A stretch of DNA of 64,000 bases from Cyanophora paradoxa CCMP329 (GCA_004431415.1 QPMI01000409.1:248001-312000), one strand, 5' to 3'; positions 36,265 through 49,800 are shown, counted from the first letter of the stretch. The notes: generated from the letters alone by a model not told the origin. Numbers and translations: made by a program.

Positions 36265-37878
36265 ATGGACCCAGCCGCCTCGTGCCCGAACGCAGCCGGA
36301 TGGATTGACGCTGCGGTATTTGCAGGTGGGCAGTGTTTTCGGACTTATCGGCCTCGGGCTGATGCCCGTTGGAACGCGGTATGTCTCTCTCACTCTCTCT
36401 TTCTAGTGCTTCCCGCCTCCGAACATCACAAGTGCTTCACCGCATCGCATTTTCATTTCTAAATCTTCGTTCATGCCGCAGGCTGTACGAAATCCCGCTG
36501 CAGTATCTGGCATTGGGCTACTTTTGCAAAGTTTGGGGATTCGCCTCGATCTGTCTCATCGGATACGCGAGCGCAACCCGCAGCCGCACTCTCCTCCAGA
36601 TGGTGCGTTCCTCTCTTCTGCGCCTCCCGCCTTCGTCGCATGCGTCGCATCAGCACGAGTGCTTGCGTGTCTGAGTCGTCGGTCCTATCGCAGGCGGTTG
36701 GCAACGCGGCCATCCTTGCGCCCCTGACCATCTTGGCGTCTCAGCAAATAACGACGGACTCTTACGCCTGCCGGCGCTGCGTGTCGGCGAACAACGACCC
36801 CTGCGCCCCTTTCCAGGGCGTCTGCCAGGCCGGCCACGGCATCTACATGACCGGCGCCGTTCTTGCTATCATCGCTAACGTGGGCATTCGCCTCGCCGTC
36901 GCAGCCTAGCGCACGCCTTATGCTGAGCAGCACGCAGTTCGTCATGGTCGTGACGCTCGTTCTTCGTCGCGACTCGCTGAGCCCGGCTCCCTCGTCTTCG
37001 ACCTACCCGGCACCCCTCACCTCGTACACGCCTCCCCAGTCTTTCAAGCCTGCCCCCGCCCCCGTCGCTTCCAGCTACGGCTTCCCGGCCCCTCCGCGTG
37101 CGCAACCACCTTGCCTTGCCCTTTTCATTCCTTTTCGAACTCGCCCCGGGCCGCGCAGCGCAAATCCAGCAGTCGTACTCGGCCTCGCGCGGGGAGGGGC
37201 TTGCTCCTCTCGCCCCCGGCGGCGCCTTCCAGTCGGGCTTGTGGTCCGGTGCGCTCTCCGGCTGTCCTTCTGTCGTCTCGTCCGCGCCGAGCTTTTCCGT
37301 GCAGGCTTCTACGAGTACGGCAACGGGCAGAAGGACGAGATGCAGCTCGAGCTGAACATGTCCGGCGGCAAGATCCGCAGTGACGGCACCGACCCCGTCG
37401 GCCGGTGCGTTGCGCTTTCCGCCGGCCTGCTGGTCACACAGACTCGGTGCGGCGCCAACCGGCGGCGGCAGCTTCGAGATCAACGGTGAATACGACGCGA
37501 ACTCGCGAGAAGTGCGCTTCGAGAAGCGGTACATCGGCAAGCACTCCGTGGAGGTACCCCCTTCCATCCCCTGTTTTCGTACCCCGCGCCTGGCGACGCC
37601 GCCGCAGTACCACGGCTTCAGTGACGGCGTTCGCATCATCGGAGAGTGGGAGGTGCGTGCCCGGGCGTGCTCTTCTCCCTGTTGCCTTATGCACGGATTC
37701 ACAGATCAAGAACCAGCGGGGCACCCCCCTGCGCGGCAAGTTCGAGATTTGGCACTCTGTTCGTATCGCGCCCTGGCCCAACCCTGCTTCAAGCCTTCCA
37801 CGCTCACCACGTCCGCAGAGCAACAACTACCAGTCGTTGGCACAGAGCTTCCGCCCGGCCTACACCGTTGGATACTAG
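36265..37878 (+). CDS. Uncharacterised membrane protein (~4 TM, Cys-rich loop, Pro/Ser linker, C-terminal beta-rich domain)
   Basis: Hydrophobic exons at 36330-36960, then SGLWS|GFYEYGNGQKDEMQLELNMSGGKIRSDGTDPVG|FEINGEYD..EVRFEKRYIGKHSVE|YHG..IIGEWE..GKFEIWH. Ends ...AYTVGY*. Confidence 0.65.
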
Positions 37879-39108
37879 CGCACCACGTGTATAGCTTAGC
37901 TCAGCACATAGCTATAGGTAAGGAATGCGCGAGTCGCGCCCCTGCTGCGGCCGCGCTTCGGCCTCCTCGAAAACTCTCGTTCCAAGTTTTTACTGAATCG
38001 AATTACGGCACAAACCAAGACAAAATCAATTTATAATAGTTGCAGGCAACCAATTTCAGTTAATTGGCCTACAGCTGGGGCCGCGGGCTGGCGTGCGCGC
38101 GCGGCGCGCGCCGGGGTCCGGCCCGCGCAGCTCGATCGATATCGATATCATCGATATCGGATCATCGATATCGGATCATCGGATCGCCGGCGCGAGCTCG
38201 CTCGAGCTCGCGATATCGATATCGCGATCGATAGAGCTTAAATAATAAATTAACTTAGTAACTCAGTGACTTTGAACATATGCTGCAGCTGAGACTCTGA
38301 GAAGTTCACTGAGATTTGACGTTATGGCATGATGGTAACAACTGCAGCAGAGTTTACGGGTACTAGTATACTCGCAATTTACGGGTACTAGTACTAGTGC
38401 GAGCGCACTGTACCCCCGGTTGGGTCACCATCCGCCACGCGACTGGTCGTTAATGCTTGGGGCCTCGAAAAACAGTTTGACGGCGGCCTTAGCCGGCCTA
38501 TCGGATATTATATATATAATTAAAGCTGATCGATATCTTAAAAAAACTTCTTTAGAGCTGAAAAACTCTTCGCAACGGTCGATCTGTCGCAAGACTCGCA
38601 ACCTCGCTCGCGATCGAGCTCTCAACCCTGAATGCCTACACGCATGTACCCCGGTCGCGTCGACCTGACTAGCTCGAGCTCGCGATCGATCGCTGCCAGC
38701 TGGCAGCTACACGCGCACATGCGCAATTTTTAAGCGCATCGGCATCATCATCGACATCGGATCATCGGATGCACGAAAGCAGCACGCCGCTCGCAGCACG
38801 CATGCGCGCCGCGCGCATGCATCGGATCAGCTCCGAATTCGTGTAGATCGATTTATCTACAAGAGCTAGTGCGTCTCATTCTAGACCATACCGCGACAAC
38901 CGCGCCGCGCGCGTTGACATAGTGGCGCGGCGGCGGCCACGGGCGACCGTCGACTTTGATCGATTTGGACAGCTAGCGCTGTGTACGTGCCGCAGCTGCA
39001 GTGCGCGAGCATCGGAGGAAAGTTTCGACGCCGCAGGGCCAGCTGCAGTCGGTGCGGCAGTGCGGGGACTTCGGTCCGGTACCGGTGGTTATTGCTGGGG
39101 CCCCTTTC

Positions 39109-41050
39109 ATGTTCGGATCAGCGGCCTCGACCGCTTGCTGCAGTTCCAACTCCATACAAATGCATGTGGCGAAACCGCTGCGACGCGCCCTCGACGCCCC
39201 ACGCAAGACACCGGACCTGGAGGAGGCGTCGGAAGCCGAGTTCGACGGGGACCTGTCGCTGGTGAGCCCCAGCAGCTGCAGCGAGCTCGAGGAGGGCGAA
39301 TTCTTCCCCGACCCGCCAGCGCCTTCTCCCCTCAACCGCCCTTCCCTGCACCTCGCGCCCCCGGCGGGGGCCCTCGTCTCGGTGGACGCCGACGCGGAGC
39401 AGCCGCCCGGCAAGCCGCACGCGCTGCGCGGGCTCCCCCCCATCTGCGAGCACCTCGCTGAAATGGTGCGCGCCGCGGCCGCTCTCATGATCAGCGCCCT
39501 CTAAAATTGCAAAAATTGATGGAGGGGCAGATCTGGCGGGCGGCCCTGGCGACGCCCCCCGCCCCCTCCTCCAACCCCCCGGGCTCGCCCAGCCGGCCGC
39601 CCTCCGCCAGGCCGATCGCGAGCCGCCCAGTCCCGGGCCAGGCCGCCAGGCCCCGCGGAGGCGGCCCCATTCTCCTCAAGCAGGGCCCGCGCCCCCAGTC
39701 CAGGGGCTCCCCGCTTCCAGTCCCCGAAGCGCCGACGCCGCTTGTCTTGGACATGGAGCTCGACGCCACTCTTGACTACGCACATTACGAGGTGATCGCG
39801 ACCTGCTCAAATATTTTCTTAAAGTGCTCCGGGTTGAATTTCAATTTATGGAATACGCCGGCAGGCTCTGCACAATCTGCTCCACCGCTCCGTGAGCGAG
39901 GGGGCCTACTGGTCCCTCAGCGACGCTACCCGCCTCGCCAGGGTGCGCCACCGGCAGCGGAAAGCAGGGCGTACCCCTCAACGCACGCGCATGTGTCGCA
40001 GGCGAACTGGGCGATCGACTCGCGGGGGCGGGGGACGATGCGGCGGTCGGCGCTGGAGCGCTCCCTGGTGGCGCTGGCGCACGGCTGGGCGGCGAACGTC
40101 TGCAAGGTCGCGGCGACGGCCCTCTCGCTGCGGTGCCTCGCGGCCGGCGCCGGCCTCCCCGACGACCTCCCCACCGCCTTCCTCTTCGCTCTTGTCGAGG
40201 TCCGCCTCCGCCTCCTGCCCTGCCCGCCACACCGGTACCGTGGCACTCTGCCCTGAGGCGCGCCCCGCCCCGCAGGCCGTCACCACCGGCCCCGCCCCCT
40301 GGCCCGCCCTCACGGCCGCCCCCGACGTCGACGCGGCGCCCCGGCTCCAGCTGCGGCCCATCCTCGGTGCCCCTCCGGCGCAGGCGTTTGTGTGTGCTTC
40401 GAGTTCTGACGCGCGCGACCCGCAGAGGCGCCTCTCGGCGGCTGCAGCGCCCGGTCTGTAATGAGACTCTTGGGGGCGAACCAGCTGGGGCCCCGCGCCG
40501 CCCGCCCCGCAGAGGCGCCGGCGGCAGCAGCGGCGTCCCGGGGGGCGTCGCCCCGCGGCCGGCGGCCCCGGTGGCGATGGCGGGGGCCGAGGGGGCGAGG
40601 CGCTCGCGCTCCAGCGGGCGGCGCTGCACAACAGGCTGCGGGAGCTGCTGCCCGGGCCCCCGCGGCCGCCGCATCCGCTCCGAGGTCGCGTTGGCGCGCG
40701 CGGCGGCGGCCGCCTCCCCATCGGATGCCCGGAGGGCCTCCCGCGGAGCGCGACGTTCCCGCCCCGAGGGAGGCCCCGCGCCCGGGGCCGGTCTCCGCCC
40801 CGCCCTCCTCGCCGCCATCAAGGACCTCTCCTTCCGGCCGGCCGCCGCGCCCCCGCCGACCCCTCCGGCCCCCTCCCGCGCCCCCCGGTGGCGGCGCATG
40901 CGCGGGCCCCGTCCCCTCGCGATCGCTTCAGCTAGCGCCCCGCGCTCCCACGCCCGCGGCCCCGCCTGCGGCCCCGCCCGCGGCCAGAACCCGTGCTGCT
41001 GCAGCGCGCTTCTTTCTCACTATCTTGCTCATTCATTCCTTATTATAATA
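39109..41050 (+). CDS. Hypothetical multi-exon protein
   Basis: Coding-like exons with GT-AG boundaries (ELEEGEFFP..., MELDATLDYAHYE|ALHNLLHRS..., ANWAIDSRG...FLFALVE). No family recognised and both ends are uncertain. Confidence 0.45.
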
Positions 41051-42079
41051 TACGTAGCTCGATGCATGCATTTCAATACATGCATTTTTGCATTTAAATT
41101 CTTGTCGATTCGATGATCGCCTGGTTTCGACTCAACGACTTCATTTCATCTAGCTCGTTTCATAATTACTTACTGAGTTGTGCATGTGTGTATATGTATC
41201 AAAGTACTACCAGTAGTCTACTCGTAGTATTCATTACAGTGAACTTTCTGCTCCGACGCGGCTCTTCTCTCTATTTCGCCTTTCGGTCGCGCTTTCGGTC
41301 CTGGGTCTAGATCTAATTAGAGGGTTAGCCTACTTTTAATTTTGTATACGTACTGTCAGGCTGTAGTTAATTGTAAGTTTTGTAGACTCTGAGATGTGTA
41401 TACGTACAATCGATAAGTTTCCCGTGAACTTATACAATTATATATTAATTAGTGAATTACAGTGATCATGATCAGCGAGTCACTTTTTCGGTTCATTTCC
41501 CCTGTGAATTCAAAGTCGTTCTGCTACGTGACATCTGTCCTAAAGCCGCACTACCGCCGGGCCGTACGTACTACGGTATATGGCACTGCGGATTGTGAAG
41601 CCTTGCAATTGAATTCGAAGCCTGAAGATTTGTCCTCATCATGGCATCATGATCGGACTCCGGGATCATGATCGGAGTCCGACTGTCGGACGGTTCTCTC
41701 TGTCAGGCTCACTGGCTCAGCGGCTGTCACAGTGCCACGGTGTTTTGAAATTTGTAGCCTAGTAGACTCCCCGACTCCGAGGCTCGGCGAGTCAACGATC
41801 GATATCGGATCTTCATGATCACTGAGTCAAGGCTATGCACGCTGTGATCATGATTTAATTTGCATCTTGACGGGTTCACGGTTTAAAAATTCAATGATTA
41901 GTAATTGCAAGCTTGAAGTACAAGCAGGAATAAGTGCAGCAAGATCTTGAGAGTAATGCAACAAGCAAATGCAAAACGTATAAGTAGTCCGTCGGTCGAC
42001 GTCCTGGCCGCTGCCGTGGTCGCGAGTGCATGTGATCATGAGCCTCCTCGTGTGTTACCACGATCACCGTGGCGCAGCC

Positions 42080-44300
42080 TCAGCCGGTCGCGGGGCCTAG
42101 GCGTGGGGCAGCTCGAGGGCGGCGGCGGAGGCGCGCCGGCTGAGGAGGACGGCCACGCGCGAGGCGCGACGGTGCGCCTGCCGCCCCGCGACCCCCCCGC
42201 TCGCGTGCTCCCTCGAGAGCTTGAAGGGGAGGGGGGCCGGCACCTGCGCCGCCTCGGACCAGGTGCGCGGCGCCGCTCTGTCGGGCGAGCCGTCCCCGCG
42301 CAGCGCCGGCGCCGTCGCCGTCTGCGAGCCCGCGAGGGCCCTCGTGAGCGCGCGGGGGCGAGGCCCCCGCTCCGCCTCCTCGCCCCCGCACCTTGGAGAG
42401 CGGGGGCCGCTGCGGGCGCGGCGGCTCGCGCTCTGGCCCCGCTTTGGAGGGCGAGGAGGCGCCGCCCTTTGCCAGGTTGACGGGCGGCCCGGCCGGCTTC
42501 ACCAGCGGCGCCCGCTTCCGGCTCGGGGCCTTCCCGACCGCCTGCGGGGGCGGACGCCGGGGCGGGCCACGCTCAGCGGGGTCGAATCGCGGCGAGTCGG
42601 ATCGGAACTTGGCCGCGCGCGCGCGCTCGCCTTCTTTGGAGCGCGCTCGGTGGCGGCGGCGCCCGTGAAAGCGACCGCCTTGCCGCGGGGCGTGTCCCCC
42701 TCGACCTTCGCCACCTGCTGCCCCCCTCCGAGCCCCGCCTGCGCCCCCGCACCACATTAGATCGCATCGGATCGGATCGGATCGGATTAGAGCGCACGTT
42801 GCGGCGGGCGTCGAGCTTCATCTGCTCCACCTCCGTCGCCGAGAACTCCTTCGGGATGCTGCCCCGTCGCCCCCCGTCAGGCGGGCCGAGGCGGCGGGGC
42901 CGCCGCCTGCGCGCCCCAGGCGGACCTGTCGTAGACCTCGATGAAGCGGACCTCGTCGCTCTCCTTCAGCGCCGTCGTCTGCGCCCCGGGGCCCCCGGCG
43001 CCCCGCCCCCGCTCAAGGGCCCCGCCTGGATCCCCGCCCCGGGGCCTCGGGCGGGGCCGCGGGCTCCTCGACGCACCAGCGCGATCACGATCGCCTCGTA
43101 CTGCTTCCGCCGCTGCGCCGGGGCCCCGCACATCGATTCCGCGCCTCCCGGGGGCACCCGAGCGCGAGGGGGGTCCCGCCGGCACCTTCCGCGCCTCGAT
43201 CGTCGCCTTGTCGAGGTGGCTCGGGCCGTCCCCCTGCCCCCCAGTCAGCCCGGGAGCGGTACGCCTGGCGCCGAGCGGGCGGGCTGGGGCGCGCCGCCGG
43301 CTCAGGGGCTGGGCCCGAGGCCCCCCCGAAGGGCCTGCCCTGTGCCGGAGCCGCCGCCTCCGCCCGCTGCAGCCCCGCCCCTTCAGCGCGGGGCGCGGGG
43401 GGCGCGGGCCGGGAGGAGAAAGCCACCTGCTTCGCCGAGAGGGCCCGCGCGGACTGCGCGCGCGCCATGCGCGGCGAGGCGCTCTGCGGCGGCAGCGCGT
43501 CGGCCCCAAAGCGAGCTCGACAGGAGAGGAGGGGGGGGGGGGGGGGGGGGGGGAGGGAGGAAGCGGGGGCGTGCACCCGCTTCATGTTCTGGATCTCCTC
43601 GGTGCGCTCCCTGAGGAAGGCCTGCCAGGTGTCCGTCGGCTCCGCGAAGCGGCCCAGCGGCTCCGGGTGACGCGGTGGGGCGAGGCCGGCGGCGACGCCT
43701 CCCTCCCGCCCCGGACCCGGCCCCGGCCCCGCGCCGCGCTGGAGGTGCGCGGCGAGGACCTGCTGGAGGCGGGAGCGGCGGCCGGCCTGCGCCGCCGGCG
43801 CCGCGTCGCGCCCGCCACGAGCAGCAGCGCCGGCGCCGAGGCCGATGGGACGAGGGCGGGTCCGTCGCCAGGAGGGGCCGCGCGGGTGCACGTGCGCCCG
43901 CCCCGCCGCCGGAGACGGGCCCGGGGCGTCTCCCGCCAGCACAGAGCGCGCCGCCAGGCGCGGCCCGCTGTGGATCGCCTGCCCGCCGCGCGGCCCGATC
44001 GGGATCCCTGCCCCCCTCGTCAGCGAGCGCGGAGGGCGAGCGAGCGCGCCGGCCGCGGGCCGCACCGGGGACCGCCATACACCTGGCGAGGAGGGGGACC
44101 TTGGCGAGGTCGGGCATATGAGAGGCCCCCCCCCCGAAGTTCGCTGTGATGCGTTCCCTGACGACAGCAGGCAGGCTCTCCGGCTCGGCGTCCAGGCGCC
44201 TCATCAAGAAGTCCGTAAACAGCTCCGCATCCTTTGCGTGCTGCCCCGCCGGCCGCCGCACAGCTGCAGGCTGGCACAGCGGCATCTCCCAAGGGCCACA
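42080..44300 (-). CDS. Hypothetical multi-exon protein (basic, low complexity)
   Basis: Exons AELFTDFLMRRLDAE, DTWQAFLRERTEEIQNMKR, RRKQYEAIVIAL, ESDEVRFIEVYDRSAW, EVEQMKLDARRN. Both ends are uncertain. Confidence 0.45.
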
Positions 44301-44594
44301 GGCGCGCCAAGCGCTAGCTCTCCAAACGGTTAAGAATCTGCACTGCAGCGGCGCGCTTGGTGTGCTGGGCGGGCCAAACCGTGCCCGGCTGACCGATCGA
44401 CCTGGCGTGACGCGCCGAGTAGGAAAACAGCGCTCTTGTGAGCTCTGCGAGCGATGCAGTACTGCTTACTGTTGGCTGTTGGCTGCTGAGTGCGTGCCAC
44501 TGCGTGGTCGTTCGCTCTTTTCAAGCCTACCCCCCTTCTGGGGTACGCTCAAGAAGGAAGACGATCGACTTTGATCGGCGCGAAGCTCCCGGAA

Positions 44595-46385
44595 ATGGCC
44601 CCAGCGTTCGCATTGGCCCCGGCACCCTACGGACGGAACGTCCAGGCGCACTCCGTGCCGGTAACGGTGCGGACCGCCGACTGTACGCATCCGCGCCAGC
44701 GTCGACTCAATTCTCGGCAGGGCCTCTCGCTCCTTTCGTCGACGGCCGCTAGGACCAGGCCGGCGGCTCGCTCGATCAGCACTTCCGCCAGCAAGGTGCC
44801 GGAAACGACCCTCGTGCTTCCGATGACGCACTCTGCTCAGCCCGGCCGCAGGCGGTGTTCTCCGGCCGCCGCTTCTTCCTCGGCGCCGGCTCCGATGCCC
44901 TGAAGCCTACGTTCACTGCGAAGCTCCCCAGCCTGGCTTACGCCGCCCCGACCTGTTCGGCGTCTACCGGCGAAGCGGCAGCGGGCGGGTCTGCGGGCCC
45001 CTGCCAGCGCTCTATGACCTGTTCTGACGCGTGCTGTGTGTCTATCGGAGCAGGGACAAGCCGGCGCCGGCGGCGCCGAAGAAGGCGCTGCTGGAGCACT
45101 GGGAGGGCCTGCGCGGGCTCTGCGTGGCGAGCGTCGTGCTTTGCCATTACATGTACATGTTCTACCCGGCGAGCGCCGGCTTCCAGGTCGTCGAGGGCGC
45201 CCTCTCGCTCCTCTCGACGACGCCGCTCCGCGTCATTCAGGAGGGCCAGTGGGCCGTCTCCATCTTTTTCGCCCTCAGCGGCTTCTTCCTCCCCCGCCGC
45301 TTCTTCCGCACCGGCGACGCGTCGGCGCTCACGCAGAGCGCGTACAACCGCTACTTCCGCCTGGCGCTCCCGATCCTCGCCTCCTCGCTCGTCTGCTTCG
45401 CGATGGTCAAGGCGAACCTGCTGCAGTGGATCCCGGCGCTGTACGAGCGCTCGAAGTCGTGGTGGATCAACGAGATCGCGGCGCACGCGCCGGCGAGCGC
45501 GAGCCTGCTGAGCGTGGTGAAGGCCTCGATGGTCGACGTGCTCGCCAAGCCCTTCGACTACGTCCTCTTCAACGCCGTCCTCTGGATGATGAACTGGGAG
45601 TTCGTGGGCTCCTTCCTTGCCCTCGCCCTGGCCCTCGTCGCCCGCGGCGTGGAGCGCAGCTGGCTCGTGTACGCGATGAGCCTCGTCGCCTGCTTCCTCC
45701 CCGCGAACGTCACCCCCTGCCGCTTCTACATCCCCCTCATCGCCGGCGTCGCCATCTCCGACTTCGACGCCCGCAACGACAAGGCCCCCGAGGACAAGAA
45801 GTTCAAGGTCCCTCTCCTTCCTTTCCTTTCCTTTCCTTTCGATCTGAGTGGGCGGGGCAGCTCTCGGACGTGGCGACGGGCGTGCTGCTGCTGGCGTCGC
45901 TGTACATGGGCTCGTACCCCCGCTTCAACGTGGCGTCCGTGAAGCCCAAGGACAACCTGCCCGAGTTCGCCTCGATGCTCGGCCTCGGCCCCTGGCAGCC
46001 GCTGCACTGCATCGGCTCGCTCATCACCCGCCCGGACAAGGTCTTCATCGTGTGGCACTCGGTGGCGGCCGCGCTCGTCAGCTTTGCCGTCGCCTTCTCG
46101 AAGCCGCTGCAGGAGGCGCTCTCGTGGCACCCGCTCGCGGAGCTCGGCAAGCGGGCCTTCTCCATCGTGCTCCTCCACATCCCCATCATGTTCACCCTCT
46201 CCTCCTTCCTCGTCGGGCGCGCCTTCGCCTCCCTCCCCTACACCCCCGCCGTCCTCCTCTCCTCCGCCATCTCCGTCGCCGTCGGCGGGCCCCTCTGCTG
46301 GGCCTGGCACAAGTACGTGGACCAGCCCCTCGCCGGAGCCAACCGCACCCTCCTCTCCAAGATCTTCGGCTCCTTCCAGAAGTAA
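44595..46385 (+). CDS. Acyltransferase-3 (OafA/YrhL/OatA-like) multipass O-acyltransferase with a transit-peptide-like N-terminus
   Basis: EGLRGLCVASVVLCH, AVSIFFALSGF, NRYFRL, NAVLWMMNWEF, LGKRAFSIVLLH, WHKYVDQP. Upstream exons read MAPAFALAP...LSSTAARTRPAARSISTSASK|AVFSGRRFFLGAG. Confidence 0.85.
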
Positions 46386-46817
46386 CGCGGGGCGCCCGAC
46401 TCCCTTCAATTTCGCGGCCGCGCGGGTCCCCCGCTGGACCGGACCGGCCCCCTCCAATTTTGCTTTCGTGATTCGCTCCTCGCATAATTGTTTCGCACAC
46501 CGTGGGTCAGTGGCTAGAGGTTAGAGTTCTGAGCGTGGGCCTGTTCATGATCAGCGCCTTGCTGTAGTTGCGCTTCGCTTCAATGATATGATTCAAACAT
46601 TCAGTGCGGTTTGAGCGCGGATGAGTATGCGCCTCTGCATAACCGTAGAGCATTTCCATCACGCCCGTGCGCCCATCACCCCGGTGCGCACGCGCGTTTA
46701 GAACCGGTTCCAAGTTGCATTCCAACGCGCGGATCTACGAGAGAGGAGGGAGGACCGGGGCAGGGGGTAGGGGAGTGTTGACGTCGGCGGGGGGAGTGGG
46801 CGCGGGGCGGGGCGGGC

Positions 46818-49800
46818 CTAGGAGGGGGTGCCGGAGGCGGCGCGGGGCGGGGGCGGGGCCGGGGACGGGGCGGAGACGCCGCCGGAGGAGGGCTCGGCGT
46901 GCTGCCCCGCCGCCGCCTCCTCGGGATCCTCGAAGCCGAGGACCTGCGGGCGACCGACGTGCGCGTGAGAGGGGCCCGAGGGCTGCGGGAGAGGAAGGGG
47001 CGGGCGGGCGGGCGGGCCTGGTGGGCGAAGGCGGCGGGGGAGACGAGGTCGCCGTCCATCGCCTCCTCGAGGCGCTCGGCGCCGACGAGCGAGGCGAGGC
47101 ACTGGCGCAGCTCGAGGGGCGAGAGGGCCTCCCCGCTCCCCGTGAGGAGCCGCACGAGGGCGTCCCGGTCGAGGCCCTCGCCCTCGCCCGAGCCGACGCC
47201 CAGCATCGCGAACGCCTCCTCGATCTGCTCCCGCCCGATCCCCGCCAGCGGCCGGTGGTTCACGTACACTGCCCCCGGCCCCACCTCAGCCCGAGCCCCC
47301 TCTCCGCGCGCCCGCGCCCGGCCCCCGGATCGCACCGCGGATGAGGGTGTCGAGGTCGACGTGCGTGACGAGGGCGCCCGTCGCGTCGTACTCGGCGTAC
47401 TTCATCTCGTTCACGATCTCCTCCACCTCCCGCTCTGCGCAGGGGGGGAGGACACCCGCCCGTCTCAGCAGGGGCCGCGGGGGCGGGGGCGGGTGCGGGG
47501 GGGGCACCGGTGGGGTAGAAGCCGAGGGCGCGCATGAGGTTGGCGGCCTCGCTGAGGGGCACGTGCCCGGGGACCTCCCGCGGGGCCCGCGTCTCCTCCC
47601 CCTGCGCCCGCAGCTGCGCCCCGCGGCCCCCGTCAGGCCCCCGCCTCCCCTTGACGCCGGCACGAAAGCGGCGTGCCTGGGCGTAGTAGAAGTAGTCGAT
47701 GATCTCCTGGTGGAGAGGCCCTCCCTTGCCGCCCTCGATCATCGCCAGGAACGGGTCCATGCCTGCGAGCGGAGCCGCGTGAGGCGGGCGGGGGGGCAGC
47801 AGCGCGGGGGCGGCGCGGGGCGGGGCGCGCACCCTCGCCCCCCAGGGAGACGGTCGCCTCGAGGGCCGCCGCGTCCACCTGCCACACTGCCGCCCCGCCC
47901 CGTCGGCCCCCGCCCGCTCCCCCGCGGCTCAGGCGGCGGGGCGGCGGGGGCGGCGGACGCTGGAGGGTGTGGTCGGCGCCGCCGGCGGTGAGGAGGTACT
48001 TGCCGTCGTGCGAGGGCACGAGCCCCGCGACCTGCAGCGCACGCCCCGCCCCGGCTCGACGGCGAGGGGCCGGCGGGCGGGGGCACGGCGGCAGCGGGCG
48101 CGCCTGGGCGGGGTGCGCGATCATGCCCATCGCGCGGTTCGGGTTGCCGTCGAGGGGCATCTTGACGAGGCCCACGACCTTCGCCGGCCCCGCGCCTCAG
48201 CAGAGCGAGCTCGCCAGCTCCGGGCGGGCCGGGCGGCCCGGGCGGGCGGGCGGGGGCGGGGGGCACGGCGGGGCGGACCTTGTAGGCGGTGGCGTAGGCG
48301 AGGTAGGGGTTCGCCTCGTCGGGGCCCGGGAGGAGGAGGATGCGGGTGAGAGGCCCCCCGTAGGTGGGGCCCAGCAGGGTGCGGCGGCAGAGCTTGTCGC
48401 GCAGGGAGAAGAGCTTGAACTTGAACTGGTCGTTCGCCGCGATGAGGACGTCGTGCCCGTCGGCCCCCGTGGACCACGCGAGCGCCGTCGGCGTCGCGCT
48501 CTGCTCGATCTTCGTGATCTCCTTCATCAGCAGGCCTGCCGCGCGGCGCACGTCAGAGCCGGAGGCCGCGCGAGGCGAGGCGGGAGTGAGGGGGCGGGAG
48601 GGCGGGCCCTTTGTGATGGAGGAGTTCTCGAGGTCGTACTCGACGAGGGAGCGGTCGCGCCCCGCGGAGAGCAGGCACAGGCGCCCCTCCCGCGTCTTCC
48701 CGAACGTCACGTCCGAGATCGCCTTGTAGTGCCCCCGCGCCTTCCCGATGTACACCCACTCCGCCCTCGGCTTCCCGTCCGCGCCCTGTGCCGGCGCCTC
48801 GCCTTCAGGCGGGGGCGGGGGGGGGGCGGGGCCGCGCGGGGGCGCGCCTGGGCCTCCTCGAAGCGGTAGAGGACGATGCAGCGGTCCAGGTCCGCCGTCG
48901 CCAGGTACTGCCCCGGCCCGGCGCGCGGCCGGATCAGACACGGGGGGCGGAGGCGAGGGATCGGGATCGAGGTCAGGGGCAGCGCCGGCTCGCTCAGTTC
49001 CGGGAGCGAGCGAGCCTCCGAGTCGAGCGTCGCGGCGCGTCTTGCCGGGCGGGGGCGGGGCGGGGCGGGGCGCACGCGGACGTCGGGGGAGAAGAGGACG
49101 TGGGAGATTGCCTCCTTGGACTGGCGGAAGGACTGGAGCTCCTCCAGGCGGTCCCCGGGGGCCGGCCGCAGCAGCTTCAGCGTCCCGCTCGTGAAGCCCA
49201 CCGCCAGGAAGCGCGCGTTCGCGTCGAACGCCAGCGCGCTCGCGTGCAGCTTCTCGAACCGCCGGCTGCTCACCTGCCGCCGCTCCTCGTAGTCCCACAG
49301 CTGCCCCGCCCCGTCAGAGAGGAGAGCAGGGGGCTCCCGGGCCAGCGAGGCGGGGTCGGAGGGCGGACGTGGAGGGCGCCGGAGGAGCCGGCGGCGGCGA
49401 CGAGGGGCAGGAAGGGGTGCGCGGCGATGGCGTCCACCGAGCCCTCGACGCCGCGCAGCAGGAGCTCGCCGCGCCGCTCCTCGGGGTTCAGCTTCTGGAA
49501 GACGGCGGACTGCACGCGGACCACCGAGGCGCTCCCCGTCGCCACCACGAAGTCCGGCACCTCAAAGTCCTCCCCGGGCTCCCCCGCACCCCCCGCCCCG
49601 AACTCCTCCTCCCCGCCCTTCCCCGCCGGCTGCGCCGCCGCTCAGCCCCCGCCCCCGCCCACCAGCCTGCTGCCTGCCTCGCTCTGCCCTACGGGCCGCG
49701 AACCTGGGAGAAGGAGATGGAGCGGATGGGCCCCGCGTTCAGGTCCTCGAACCACGCCACGATGCGCAGCTGCGGCGCCCGCGTCAAGAGGGCTCACCCG

